Below are positions 48,804 to 58,187 of a stretch of 64,000 bases of DNA, piece by piece; within the stretch, counting starts at the first letter, position 1, and each line of letters opens with the position of its first letter. Origin of the DNA: a virus (taxonomy: Duplodnaviria > Caudoviricetes); the IMG/VR virus record IMGVR_UViG_3300007747_000009, positions 32,001 through 96,000 of that record. One strand, 5' to 3'. Both the position numbers and the translations under genes were made by a program. Below the pieces are notes generated by a model, which saw only the letters and a list, made by a program, of their open reading frames with translations, did not search any database and was not told the DNA's origin.

Positions 48804-49595
48804 ATGAAATTCCTACTTTTTTCTGATATTCATGGTGGTACAGGGTACTACCATGCTTCTGATTATAGCGATGTAGTACTAATTATAGCTGGTGATTTTG
48901 ATGAAGCGAAAAAATCAAGATATAGTGAAAATATAAAAAAGCTTGCCCCTGCATTTAAATCTGTTATACTTGTTGCTGGAAACCATGAGTATTATGGTTC
49001 AAACATTTTCAAAACTAATAAAGTACTAAAAGAGTTAGAAACAGAAGTACCCAACTTTACATATCTCAATGATAATCATCTTTGGATTGATGATGTATTG
49101 ATTGTGGGAGGTACTTTGTGGACTGACTTTGATGGTAGCAGCCCAATCACTAAGATTGATGCTCGTTTGAAAATGAACGATTATAAGCACATACGAAATG
49201 GACCATCTTCAGAGCCTTGGCGTAAGAAGCTTTCGGTAGAAGATGTTGAGTTCATGCACTATAAAACAAAGAAATATATTCGCGATGCAGTTGACAACGA
49301 ACGAACATCGTGTCATAATGATTTCAAGGTTGTGGTTGTAACACACCACGCACCGAGTTTTAAAAGTGTTTCCCCGAAATATCAAAACAATTCATTGAAC
49401 GGATGTTACTGTTCTAATATGGATGAGTACGTTGAAGCACTTGGTGCTGATGTTTGGGTACATGGTCATGTACACAATAGTTTTGATTATAACATTGGCA
49501 AAACTCGCATTATTTGTAACCCACGTGGATACGAGACATATTCAGGTGGCGTTGAGAATTTTGATTACAATCCCAAATTTATTTTTGAAGTATAA
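48804..49595 (+). CDS. calcineurin-like metallophosphoesterase
   Basis: SDIH, AGD, GNHEYY, THHAP, HGHVH, NPRGY. Confidence 0.9.
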   Translation: MKFLLFSDIHGGTGYYHASDYSDVVLIIAGDFDEAKKSRYSENIKKLAPAFKSVILVAGNHEYYGSNIFKTNKVLKELETEVPNFTYLNDNHLWIDDVLIVGGTLWTDFDGSSPITKIDARLKMNDYKHIRNGPSSEPWRKKLSVEDVEFMHYKTKKYIRDAVDNERTSCHNDFKVVVVTHHAPSFKSVSPKYQNNSLNGCYCSNMDEYVEALGADVWVHGHVHNSFDYNIGKTRIICNPRGYETYSGGVENFDYNPKFIFEV

Positions 49596-49610
49596 TAAAA
49601 AGGAAAATAT

Positions 49611-50270
49611 ATGAACACTATCAACCAATCTATCCCATTCGTTATTGAAAAAACTGCAAACGGTGAACGTTCTTATGATTTGGGTTCTCGCCTACTTCAA
49701 GACCGTGTTATTATGCTTGATAATGGTTTTGATGATCACATGGCACACATTGTAAAAATGCAACTTATCTGGTTGGATTCACAAAAACATGATCCTATTA
49801 CCATTTACATCAATAGTCCGGGTGGTTCAGTACATGCAGGTTTAGGTATTGCCGATGTAGTTTCCTCAATGGTTTCACCTATCCGTACTGTAGTAATGGG
49901 TATGGCTGCAAGTATGGGCTGCTACATGCAAAGTACAATGGGTACTCCCGGTCTTCGCTTAGCTGGCAAACGTGCACAAATTATGGCACACCAAGTATCA
50001 AGTGCAACTCAAGGTACTCTAGCCGACCAGAAGATTTCATTGGCACACAGCGAGCGTCTTGATGATCTACTAGGTCGTGAAATTGCGGATGCAGTAGGTG
50101 TTACTTATAAGAAGTATAAAGCTGATACCATTCGCGATTTATGGTTAACTGCTGAAGAAGCATTACAGTACGGCGATAAAGGTTTCATCGATGGTATCTT
50201 GACCGGTGAACGTAACGAAGATGGTCAGCACAAAGTCAAACGTCGTGATGGTAGCTTTGACTGGGTATAA
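49611..50270 (+). CDS. clpP: ClpP protease proteolytic subunit
   Basis: SRLLQDR, YINSPGGSV, AASMG (Ser), MAHQ (His), RDLWLTAEEA..YG. Confidence 0.93.
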   Translation: MNTINQSIPFVIEKTANGERSYDLGSRLLQDRVIMLDNGFDDHMAHIVKMQLIWLDSQKHDPITIYINSPGGSVHAGLGIADVVSSMVSPIRTVVMGMAASMGCYMQSTMGTPGLRLAGKRAQIMAHQVSSATQGTLADQKISLAHSERLDDLLGREIADAVGVTYKKYKADTIRDLWLTAEEALQYGDKGFIDGILTGERNEDGQHKVKRRDGSFDWV

Positions 50271-50277
50271 TATAAAC

Positions 50278-50307
50278 AGTACCCCGTAATAGGGGTACTT
50301 TATTTTT
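50278..50307 (+). terminator. intrinsic terminator
   Basis: AGTACCCC-gtaata-GGGGTACT-TTATTTTT. Confidence 0.85.
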
Positions 50308-50324
50308 ATCACTTTGAGGATTTT

Positions 50325-50612
50325 ATGAGTAAAACGTTAGTAAGAAACAACACACAAGAGAATACTGAAACAGTTGCAAGTAATGAATTTATTGAAATTG
50401 CATATAACCAAATTTCGGACATTAGTCTTTCATTGAATAAAGATTCCGAAACTGATGATGTACTTGAAGGTATGAGTGATATGCTTGAACTTATGAAAGC
50501 AGTACTCAAATCTTTGAACATCAAACCTGAACACCTATTCAATACAGCACATAAACTAAGTACAGAAGAAGGAACTTTTTCTGATATGAAAGCAGTTCCA
50601 AAGGAGCAATAA
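50325..50612 (+). CDS. hypothetical protein
   Basis: GAGGA RBS. Confidence 0.75.
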   Translation: MSKTLVRNNTQENTETVASNEFIEIAYNQISDISLSLNKDSETDDVLEGMSDMLELMKAVLKSLNIKPEHLFNTAHKLSTEEGTFSDMKAVPKEQ

Positions 50613-51052
50613 TGACTACTGATCAATATAATGAAGGTTATCAATACTTCAAACAAAACGGTATGCTTAGTACTGAATTACTAAAGCAACGCAGTCCGTT
50701 ATTCCGTCGTGGGTATCATACTGCACAGGAAGAATCTGCTAAGAAAACTAAGGGTACATTCCCTACCTCACTTTACGATATTCCACGTCGCCCAGATAAT
50801 TTCGTTCCAACGTATAATGATATTCTTGCTGCAACCCGTCGCCCACGCATGAATAAGCTACACCTTACGCACATGGAACCATTGCTTTCGTTACTCATTC
50901 GTGAAGTAGAGAAGAACTGTGCAGACGTGACTCGTTATGCTGATGTACTAAAAAAGGTTGACCTTGCCTTTGATATCATGCTACAATACGGTTACGATGA
51001 AGGTATCTTGGATGCTCGCGATTTGCAGCAATACGATTACGTACCTAAGTAA
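50612..51052 (+). CDS. hypothetical protein
   Basis: AGGAG RBS. Confidence 0.75.
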   Translation: MTTDQYNEGYQYFKQNGMLSTELLKQRSPLFRRGYHTAQEESAKKTKGTFPTSLYDIPRRPDNFVPTYNDILAATRRPRMNKLHLTHMEPLLSLLIREVEKNCADVTRYADVLKKVDLAFDIMLQYGYDEGILDARDLQQYDYVPK

Positions 51053-51093
51053 ACAAACAATAAAGGCCGCACAAGCGGCCTATACTGAGATTA

Positions 51094-51630
51094 ATGAAAA
51101 TGAAATTACGTCCATTGTCTGATACTGAAACATCTGAAATACTTAAAAATCTAGATCGCCTTTGGGAACTTTCAGGTCTTATCACTTCTGAGGCACGGTT
51201 ACGGTTAGAACAAGCACACAAAAATCATTTAGCTGATTATTCATTTTGGGATGTACTAAATCCACTTACTAGCAAATTAAAAAAATTCAGTGATCTTGTT
51301 TCTAGGATCGGCTCATCAGGTAATACAAAGTTCACTAAAGTTGAATCAGCATTTCTTCAAGAAAAAGGATTCACTGAATTTTTACAAACTACAAGCTACG
51401 GATATGCACCTGTGTATTTTACTGAAAAAAAATATAACGATTTAATGAAAATTGCTTTTCGTGTTGGCTGGTTTGATCACGACAAGTATAAAGTACTTCA
51501 CTATGTTCTTGAAAAATATGCTGTTCATCCGGTTGAATTAACAGTGGATGAAATTATGGATTTGGATCCATTACAAGGTTTCATCTCTAAACTTGAAACA
51601 CAATGGCAGGAATATAAAGATGCTCTATAA
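51094..51630 (+). CDS. hypothetical protein (third paralog family)
   Basis: LRPLSDTE...YAVHPVEL. Confidence 0.75.
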   Translation: MKMKLRPLSDTETSEILKNLDRLWELSGLITSEARLRLEQAHKNHLADYSFWDVLNPLTSKLKKFSDLVSRIGSSGNTKFTKVESAFLQEKGFTEFLQTTSYGYAPVYFTEKKYNDLMKIAFRVGWFDHDKYKVLHYVLEKYAVHPVELTVDEIMDLDPLQGFISKLETQWQEYKDAL

Positions 51631-52168
51631 TCTGACCGAAGAACAAAGTACTGAATTCGTAGACAAATTAGAAACTGCAATTCAGTCAATTCAGTATATT
51701 AATAAAAAATCAATTGATATTTTGAATTATTGGTACAGTTTGTATGTAAAAAACCATACAAGTTTTTTGGGTCTTGCTCCAATGCCAATTAAAAAATTCT
51801 GGAGAAAAATTGTTCTTGAAAACGGAATTCAACTCTATGAATCCGACCGTGATATAACATTTGTAACTGGGATTGATGGTTGGTCATTTTCATTACGCCC
51901 AAAAACTATTATGAAATATACCAAATTGTCGTTAGATGATATTGTGCATGATATCATCTTTATCCGTGGTGCAGCAATGAGTGCAGAACTACGTCGCAGT
52001 GAATATGATTACTGGTATGATATTCTTATTAAAATGAATACATATATGAAAGTACCGTTCACTATTGATGATGAATGGATGACCGTTTTGCAATGTATTG
52101 ATGGTAATATTGAATATTATAATTCCATAACTGAGATTGATAATGATACTAAAGACACTGACTCCTGA
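51620..52168 (+). CDS. hypothetical protein (third paralog family)
   Basis: LYNLTEEQ...YMKVPFTI. Confidence 0.75.
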   Translation: MLYNLTEEQSTEFVDKLETAIQSIQYINKKSIDILNYWYSLYVKNHTSFLGLAPMPIKKFWRKIVLENGIQLYESDRDITFVTGIDGWSFSLRPKTIMKYTKLSLDDIVHDIIFIRGAAMSAELRRSEYDYWYDILIKMNTYMKVPFTIDDEWMTVLQCIDGNIEYYNSITEIDNDTKDTDS

Positions 52169-52643
52169 ACAAACTAATATTTGGATTTCAAATTTGAATA
52201 AACTTATTGATCTAAGAGTTGCAGTAAGAAAATATTCAAATGAACAATATGATATTCGTGAAGCACAATATAATGAACGTTATGGTTTTTGGGGTAGAAT
52301 TTTCCATAATGATTCGTCATTTGACGAATTATATATTGGATATGATGGATATTACCGTTGCTTTGGATCTATGTTTTTTAACAAGATTAGTAAGGTTGAT
52401 CCATATCCACCGAAGTTGTTAGAATACAAAAAAATACTTAGGTATACTTATACCAACACTCGTGGTACAGTGATTAAACGTTTAAAACAAAAATGGGAAA
52501 ACTATGCTGAACTTCCATTTAGTATTCATGAATATGATTTAGACATGTATCAAAATATTATTGAGTGGCACCAAGAACTAAAAGAAATTTTATTAGAAGG
52601 AAAGGTATACGATGAAACATTCGACTTGGATGAAGATTGCTAA
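52143..52643 (+). CDS. hypothetical protein (third paralog family)
   Basis: LKTLTPEQ...YAELPFSI. Confidence 0.75.
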   Translation: MILKTLTPEQTNIWISNLNKLIDLRVAVRKYSNEQYDIREAQYNERYGFWGRIFHNDSSFDELYIGYDGYYRCFGSMFFNKISKVDPYPPKLLEYKKILRYTYTNTRGTVIKRLKQKWENYAELPFSIHEYDLDMYQNIIEWHQELKEILLEGKVYDETFDLDEDC

Positions 52644-53079
52644 TGTAGTTGCTGAAGAGAGTAAGTGTATATCACATCATGTAGGGGCTGTAATCGTACA
52701 GAACGACCGCATAGTCAGTACTGGATACAATGGGACACCCTCTAACCAAACCAACTGCTGTGACGCAAATAGGCACCTTGCTAGTGGGTTCCAGCAATGG
52801 AAATCAGAAGAGGCAAAAGCTGAGCATCATCAGTGGAGTCTTTTACATGAGATTCATGCGGAGATGAATGCATTATTATACAGTGCTCCGAAAGATCGTA
52901 TCGGTGCCACTCTTTATAGTACTTTACAGCCATGCTATACTTGTTCTCTACTAATTGCGGGGAGTGGTATTACTCGCGTGATCTATGAAAAAGAGTACCC
53001 ACGCACACCCGGTGAAGCTATTAAAGTACTCAAGAATGCAGGGATTAAGGTAAGTAAACTTTCTGACTTAGGTGAATAA
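52612..53079 (+). CDS. dCMP deaminase
   Basis: VGAVIV, TGYNG, HAEMNA, PCYTC. Confidence 0.93.
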   Translation: MKHSTWMKIANVVAEESKCISHHVGAVIVQNDRIVSTGYNGTPSNQTNCCDANRHLASGFQQWKSEEAKAEHHQWSLLHEIHAEMNALLYSAPKDRIGATLYSTLQPCYTCSLLIAGSGITRVIYEKEYPRTPGEAIKVLKNAGIKVSKLSDLGE

Positions 53080-53353
53080 TATGTGGATGTGGATTATTTG
53101 TGGAGTGTTGGCTTTAATTACATTGCTTCTATGTGGTCATTATATGAATCGGTCGTTTATTCAAGATTGTAATGGAAATAGCCGTAACTTTAAAGTAAGG
53201 TTTAATCCAGCCAATAACAAATATTACATTGTTAATGATACACGTTATGGTGATCTTGATGTATGTAAGTACTTTAATCTTAAACGAATTTATTATAAAA
53301 GCCAGATTGATGCAGATTTTGTTATGCAGAAATTGAATGGGTTGGACGATTAA
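53072..53353 (+). CDS. small membrane-anchored protein
   Basis: N-terminal hydrophobic helix. Confidence 0.65.
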   Translation: MNNMWMWIICGVLALITLLLCGHYMNRSFIQDCNGNSRNFKVRFNPANNKYYIVNDTRYGDLDVCKYFNLKRIYYKSQIDADFVMQKLNGLDD

Positions 53354-53385
53354 AAAAAGGAGCCTAAAGGCTCCTTTTTGTTTTT
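53352..53385. terminator. bidirectional intrinsic terminator
   Basis: A7-GGAGCC-taaa-GGCTCC-T5 between convergent genes. Confidence 0.9.
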
Positions 53386-55308
53386 TTAATAAACAATAAG
53401 TTTAATTGTGATTTTAACATCTGGATAGTTTACTGAACTTATAACCATTTCAGTACTACCACGTTTAAGTGGTTTTAAGAACATATATAATGAACCCATT
53501 GTGTACTGGAAAGTATCTAATAGATAATCTTTATTATAAACTTCTACTATAGTTTCATCATATGAATCAATTGTCATTTCATACATATTGGTTAGATATG
53601 GTGTTGGGTAAACTATAATATTATAAAGATCTTCAAATCCTTCATCAACCAATTTCATCCAAAACGTTTTATTATCGGTATCAGTTGTTGAATACATATC
53701 AGTCATTGGTACTATAGTACCTTCAGGTTTAACTCTCGTACGCACTGAAACTGATTTATATATATCAAGTAATTGTGTATCGATATTAATATCTTGGGTA
53801 GGCCACACATAAACCTGACTATCAGTAGGTGCATCTGCTGCTACCGTTACGGTTCCATCCTCAGATACTGTATATATTTTTGGATATAATGAGGTTCTTA
53901 GAGGAATATCAACTGGATCATAACCTTCTCGGTAACCAGTAATTGTGAAATTAGTAACTTCACCCGGATACATAGATGTAATTTTCTGTGGTTCCATGAG
54001 GATTGTATCATAGACTTCATCCATAATTATTAGAGAGTTATAAAGGTCATAATCAGTAACCACACCATTAACAGATTTATATTGAGTACTGAAATTTACT
54101 GTACCTTTTTTATCAAAAGTGGTAAGAATACCAGTTTCATAATCCATTGTCGCCATTGAAGGATCGCTAGAAACGTATGGGTACATCTCAGTATTTGGAC
54201 CATTTTGGTATTTTTTACATTGATAAGTCATATTTGGTCTTAACTTCAATGGTATAAAGTACTCAGCACCCGGTGATTCATAATTAGCTTCATACCACAT
54301 ATCACCAACAACCGAAATATCATAAAACGTATAATCATATTCAAATGGGTCAGTCATTTTAAATTTAATTTCTGGATTAGCCGATACATGTGGATATTCT
54401 TCATCATCTTCTGGGACTGTTGTTGTGGTTTTAAATGTATATTTTTTAAAATCATCGGACACACTAACTAACTCAGTTAATGTTGGTTTGTATGAATTGG
54501 AATCATCAATTTCAATATCTAAAGCTGAAGTTAATGTGTACTCATATGGATAGGTAACTACTTCAACTGTATATTCTTCACCTAATTTAAATGCATCATA
54601 GCCTTCGGTGTTTAATACTTTAAAGAATTCTAATTCCAAGTCATTATCAACTACATTAATAATTGAATGTGTAACCAATGAATCATTCCTAGATGGAACA
54701 AATACCAATACTGCTTTACCAATCACTTCACCTTTAATTACTGCTGTATTCAATTCAGTACTGACAATAGATGCTGAATTAGAAGTACGTGGACCATCTA
54801 AACTATTCATAAACCACGTACCATCTTTATCTGAATAAGATGAAGGGAAGAATAGGGATTGGTATGACAATGTTTTACCAACTTGTATAGTACTTACTGA
54901 TGGGTTTATGAGAACCCCACTTAGTACTGGATCTATGTTAGCAGTTCTGAATACGTAATCACCTTCAACCGTAATACATTTATGCCATTGATAAATTCTC
55001 ACGAATGAAAATATATTTCTGGAAGCATCTTGAATCTTCAAGAAAAATGTATTATTTGGAATAGTTTCAACTAGATTTTCAGCAGTATCAAAATAATTTA
55101 ACATATTACCAAGATTATCTTGGTAACCAATTCTTATGAATCTGAATATATTACCATCCGTATCCATCAAATCATACATTGAATATGAACGCTGTTTGTG
55201 TATATAAAGTTTCTTTGCGTAAGTAACTCCATTAATTTTTGCACCATCAACTAAAAAACCACCCACGGTATATGGAAATTGATTTTGACCTGCTATAGGT
55301 TTACCCAT
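53386..55308 (-). CDS. putative virion protein with Ig-like (Big_2) domains
   Basis: N-terminus paralogous to the 306-aa gene; Big_2-like segments (SSDPSMATMD...G). Confidence 0.65.
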   Translation of the reverse strand: MGKPIAGQNQFPYTVGGFLVDGAKINGVTYAKKLYIHKQRSYSMYDLMDTDGNIFRFIRIGYQDNLGNMLNYFDTAENLVETIPNNTFFLKIQDASRNIFSFVRIYQWHKCITVEGDYVFRTANIDPVLSGVLINPSVSTIQVGKTLSYQSLFFPSSYSDKDGTWFMNSLDGPRTSNSASIVSTELNTAVIKGEVIGKAVLVFVPSRNDSLVTHSIINVVDNDLELEFFKVLNTEGYDAFKLGEEYTVEVVTYPYEYTLTSALDIEIDDSNSYKPTLTELVSVSDDFKKYTFKTTTTVPEDDEEYPHVSANPEIKFKMTDPFEYDYTFYDISVVGDMWYEANYESPGAEYFIPLKLRPNMTYQCKKYQNGPNTEMYPYVSSDPSMATMDYETGILTTFDKKGTVNFSTQYKSVNGVVTDYDLYNSLIIMDEVYDTILMEPQKITSMYPGEVTNFTITGYREGYDPVDIPLRTSLYPKIYTVSEDGTVTVAADAPTDSQVYVWPTQDINIDTQLLDIYKSVSVRTRVKPEGTIVPMTDMYSTTDTDNKTFWMKLVDEGFEDLYNIIVYPTPYLTNMYEMTIDSYDETIVEVYNKDYLLDTFQYTMGSLYMFLKPLKRGSTEMVISSVNYPDVKITIKLIVY

Positions 55309-55322
55309 AGTATATCTCCTAT

Positions 55323-55352
55323 AAAAAAAAGGGATATACTAAAAATATCCCT
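55323..55352 (-). terminator. terminator between the two Ig-protein genes
   Basis: AGGGATAT/ATATCCCT stem with a T8 tail on the minus strand. Confidence 0.7.
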
Positions 55353-55368
55353 ATTCAACTATTATATA

Positions 55369-56289
55369 TTATGCAGTTACTGTTACAGCAGAAACCGCAG
55401 TTTTAGAACCATCCGTAGTTGTTACGGTAATGTTAGCAGTACCTGCTGCCACAGCAGTTACTAGGCCAGATGCACTTACAGTTGCAATTGCTGGAGCACT
55501 AGAAACATAAGTTACAGTCTGAACACTAGCAGTTGCAGGAGCAACGGTAGGTGTTAGTTGCTGTGTAGTAGTTCCAGCTAAACTAAGAGTGACAGTAGCA
55601 GGAGCTAGTGTTACGCCAGTTACAGCAGTAGTCAAGGTGTATGCACAAGTACTGGTATGTGAACCATCAACAGTAGTTACTGTGATGTTTGCAGAACCAT
55701 TTGTAAGAGCAGTTACTAGACCAGTTGCGGAAACTGTTGCAATTGTTGGTGCATCAGATGCCCAAGTAACTGATTTATCAGTTGCATCAGCAGGAAGCAC
55801 CGTAGCCGTTAATTGCTCAGTTGTGCCAGTAAGAATTGCAGAGGTAATTTTATTCAAACTAACACTTGCAACTGGCACGACTGGTGGTACTGGAACCGCT
55901 GTTTGAGCAGCGAAATCAGTTACTTGAACTTCAAGGCCATTTGACAAAATGAATTTGTTGGTAAAGAATTTATAAACATAACCAAGAGGATCTTGAGTTA
56001 CGAGATCATAAACTTTTACTGCGAATTGATTTTTTGCAAGTAGTGCTTGAACTTCAGATGCAGTTGCATCAATATCTAAATCACGGAAGGTTGCGTCTTT
56101 ACTTACCATTTTCATGAAAGTATAATCGACATCAGTACCTTCATTGATTAAATCGAAATAACGAGTTGAACGTTCTTGTAGGATGAATAGTTCATCCGTG
56201 ATTGCTTGTTTATCTTTATCAACAGCGGCAAACACACTGATGCCACCGACGCTGAAGGGGAATTCGCCAAGTTTTGCGATAGGTTTCAT
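55369..56289 (-). CDS. virion decoration protein with two Big_2 Ig-like domains
   Basis: Two repeats QLT.TV.P..A....VT..S.AP.IATVSA.GLVTA...G.ANITVTT.DGS.T. Confidence 0.85.
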   Translation of the reverse strand: MKPIAKLGEFPFSVGGISVFAAVDKDKQAITDELFILQERSTRYFDLINEGTDVDYTFMKMVSKDATFRDLDIDATASEVQALLAKNQFAVKVYDLVTQDPLGYVYKFFTNKFILSNGLEVQVTDFAAQTAVPVPPVVPVASVSLNKITSAILTGTTEQLTATVLPADATDKSVTWASDAPTIATVSATGLVTALTNGSANITVTTVDGSHTSTCAYTLTTAVTGVTLAPATVTLSLAGTTTQQLTPTVAPATASVQTVTYVSSAPAIATVSASGLVTAVAAGTANITVTTTDGSKTAVSAVTVTA

Positions 56290-56337
56290 AGGTTTCTCCT
56301 AAATTAAAAAGTACTTTGTATTATTTACCGGAAATGC

Positions 56338-56431
56338 TTGACACACGGCACCAGATCGTCTAGAATCAATCGCATATCACGGGGTGTACTGAATAAAAAT
56401 CTCGGGACAAACCAAAAAAATGTGATATAAT
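56338..56431 (+). promoter_or_regulatory. tandem promoters (sigma70 consensus plus class 2) for the NAD operon
   Basis: TTGACA 56338-17-TAGAAT 56361; GGGACA 56404-16-TATAAT 56426 with extended -10 TGTGATATAAT. Confidence 0.75.
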
Positions 56432-56485
56432 AGTGATGTAGCCGACGCGGAGTCGGTGTTTACCAATAACTAAGGAGTACTTAGA

Positions 56486-57598
56486 ATGAAAGAAAAAGTT
56501 TATGTATATATTGGTCGTTTTCAAATGACCCACGCTGGACACGAAGCAGTACTAAAACACGCTGTACAACATGCAGATCGTGTAGTATTATTAGTCGGTT
56601 CGTCTGACATTGCCCGTGACCCAAAAAATCCATTTACTTTTGAGGAACGTAAATCCGTCCTCGAAGCAATGACACAGCGTATTGCCAGTGAAGAATGGTC
56701 TAATGGACGCTCAGTAACTATCAATATTCTACCAATCCATGACTACACGTATAACAATACGAAGTGGCTAAAAGAAGTACAAAAACAAGTTAAATCAGTA
56801 ACAAAAAGCACTGATATTACTCTTGCTGGGTGTCGTAAAAAAGGTGACAGCAGTACTTTCTATCTTGATTTCTTCCCTCACTGGAAGCAAGACTTCATTG
56901 ATGAAGTACTAACAGTAAATCACGCAGTACCAGTTGAATACCGTGAATTGGATGAGAAAGTCAATCCTGCCCCTGCATTTAACAGTACTACATTGCGTAA
57001 TCAATATTTCAGTACTAAACAAGTTCCATCTGGTCTACCAGTTGAAACAACAGAATTTCTTGAAAAATTTAAAGTACGCAGCAGTGATATTTTAGATAAT
57101 TTAGTCAGTGAACACAATTTTGTAGCGAGCTATCGTAAACAAATGATGGAAACTCTACCATACACAAACATTCCATTCCTTACTGGGGATTCATTAGTTG
57201 TGTGTGCTGGTCATGTTCTATTAGTGAAACGTCGCTCACATCCGGGTAAAGGTCTTTGGGCATTACCGGGTGGATTCTTTGATGCTTGGGTTGACCAAAA
57301 CCAGACTGATACCGCACTACGTGAACTCAAAGAAGAAACTAAAATTGATGTTCGTTTCAAAGAACTTAAAGGTTCAATTGTAAAAGTAGATGAATTTGGT
57401 GATTTCAATCGTTCTCTACGCTGGCGTATCATTACCAAATGTGTTTATATTAAACTCAATGGTAATAAGCTACCAAAAGTAAAAGGAAGTGATGATGCAG
57501 AGAAAGCATTCTGGATTCCACTATCAGAAATTACGGCAAACCGCCATATGTTTTTTGAAGATCATTACTCAATAATTGACACAATGATTGGTCTATAA
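56486..57598 (+). CDS. nadM: bifunctional NMN adenylyltransferase / ADP-ribose pyrophosphatase (NadM-Nudix, NatV-like)
   Basis: GRFQ.THAGH, KNPFTFEER, NSTTLR; Nudix box PGG...ALRELKEET, GSDDA..A.W, FEDH. Confidence 0.92.
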   Translation: MKEKVYVYIGRFQMTHAGHEAVLKHAVQHADRVVLLVGSSDIARDPKNPFTFEERKSVLEAMTQRIASEEWSNGRSVTINILPIHDYTYNNTKWLKEVQKQVKSVTKSTDITLAGCRKKGDSSTFYLDFFPHWKQDFIDEVLTVNHAVPVEYRELDEKVNPAPAFNSTTLRNQYFSTKQVPSGLPVETTEFLEKFKVRSSDILDNLVSEHNFVASYRKQMMETLPYTNIPFLTGDSLVVCAGHVLLVKRRSHPGKGLWALPGGFFDAWVDQNQTDTALRELKEETKIDVRFKELKGSIVKVDEFGDFNRSLRWRIITKCVYIKLNGNKLPKVKGSDDAEKAFWIPLSEITANRHMFFEDHYSIIDTMIGL

Positions 57599-57599
57599 T

Positions 57600-58139
57600 A
57601 TGTTATACTGCCTAACGCGTGATTTATATGATGACATTATGATTATGAGTGAACATATTCATAGTAAGTATGATGAAACGAATTGTATGTTTATACCTTT
57701 TTTGCCTGAACATGTAAGGATATGTTCAACATTTTCCTTGCAGACGTACGCTGCAAAAAAGATATATGATTCCATGCTTTGGCAGTACTCAACATTTATT
57801 GTAAGAAACTGGATCAGTACTTTACATCCGTTTGAGGGTTTAATTACTGATCTGGATTTTAAACACAGAGAAACTGATCACGGATTTTGGGAATATAAGT
57901 TTTCTCATTGCACTCATGATAAAGTGTATTTTAGTAAATCTTATTTCTCGAGTGAAATTTCGGTAGTTGGTGGAGTTCCATACTATAATGTAGACGATGG
58001 GCTACTTAAAAAGGAATATACAATTACTGAGATTGCAAAAAGTAACCAGAAATTTAAAATGGACGCCGTTTTTCCCCCAAACCCAAATATGTTTAGTGGA
58101 GCGGACGTGGAATATATTATTCCTTACTCATTAATATAA
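57600..58139 (+). CDS. hypothetical protein
   Basis: ORF between nadM and nadV. Confidence 0.7.
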   Translation: MLYCLTRDLYDDIMIMSEHIHSKYDETNCMFIPFLPEHVRICSTFSLQTYAAKKIYDSMLWQYSTFIVRNWISTLHPFEGLITDLDFKHRETDHGFWEYKFSHCTHDKVYFSKSYFSSEISVVGGVPYYNVDDGLLKKEYTITEIAKSNQKFKMDAVFPPNPNMFSGADVEYIIPYSLI

Positions 58140-58187
58140 CGAAAGGCGATGGAGCTTTTCTTAACACTTCCTAAGAGGTAATAAAAT

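Noticed and set aside
55589-55906. 105-aa + strand ORF
   Set aside because: Antisense shadow of the Thr/Ala/Val-rich Ig protein.
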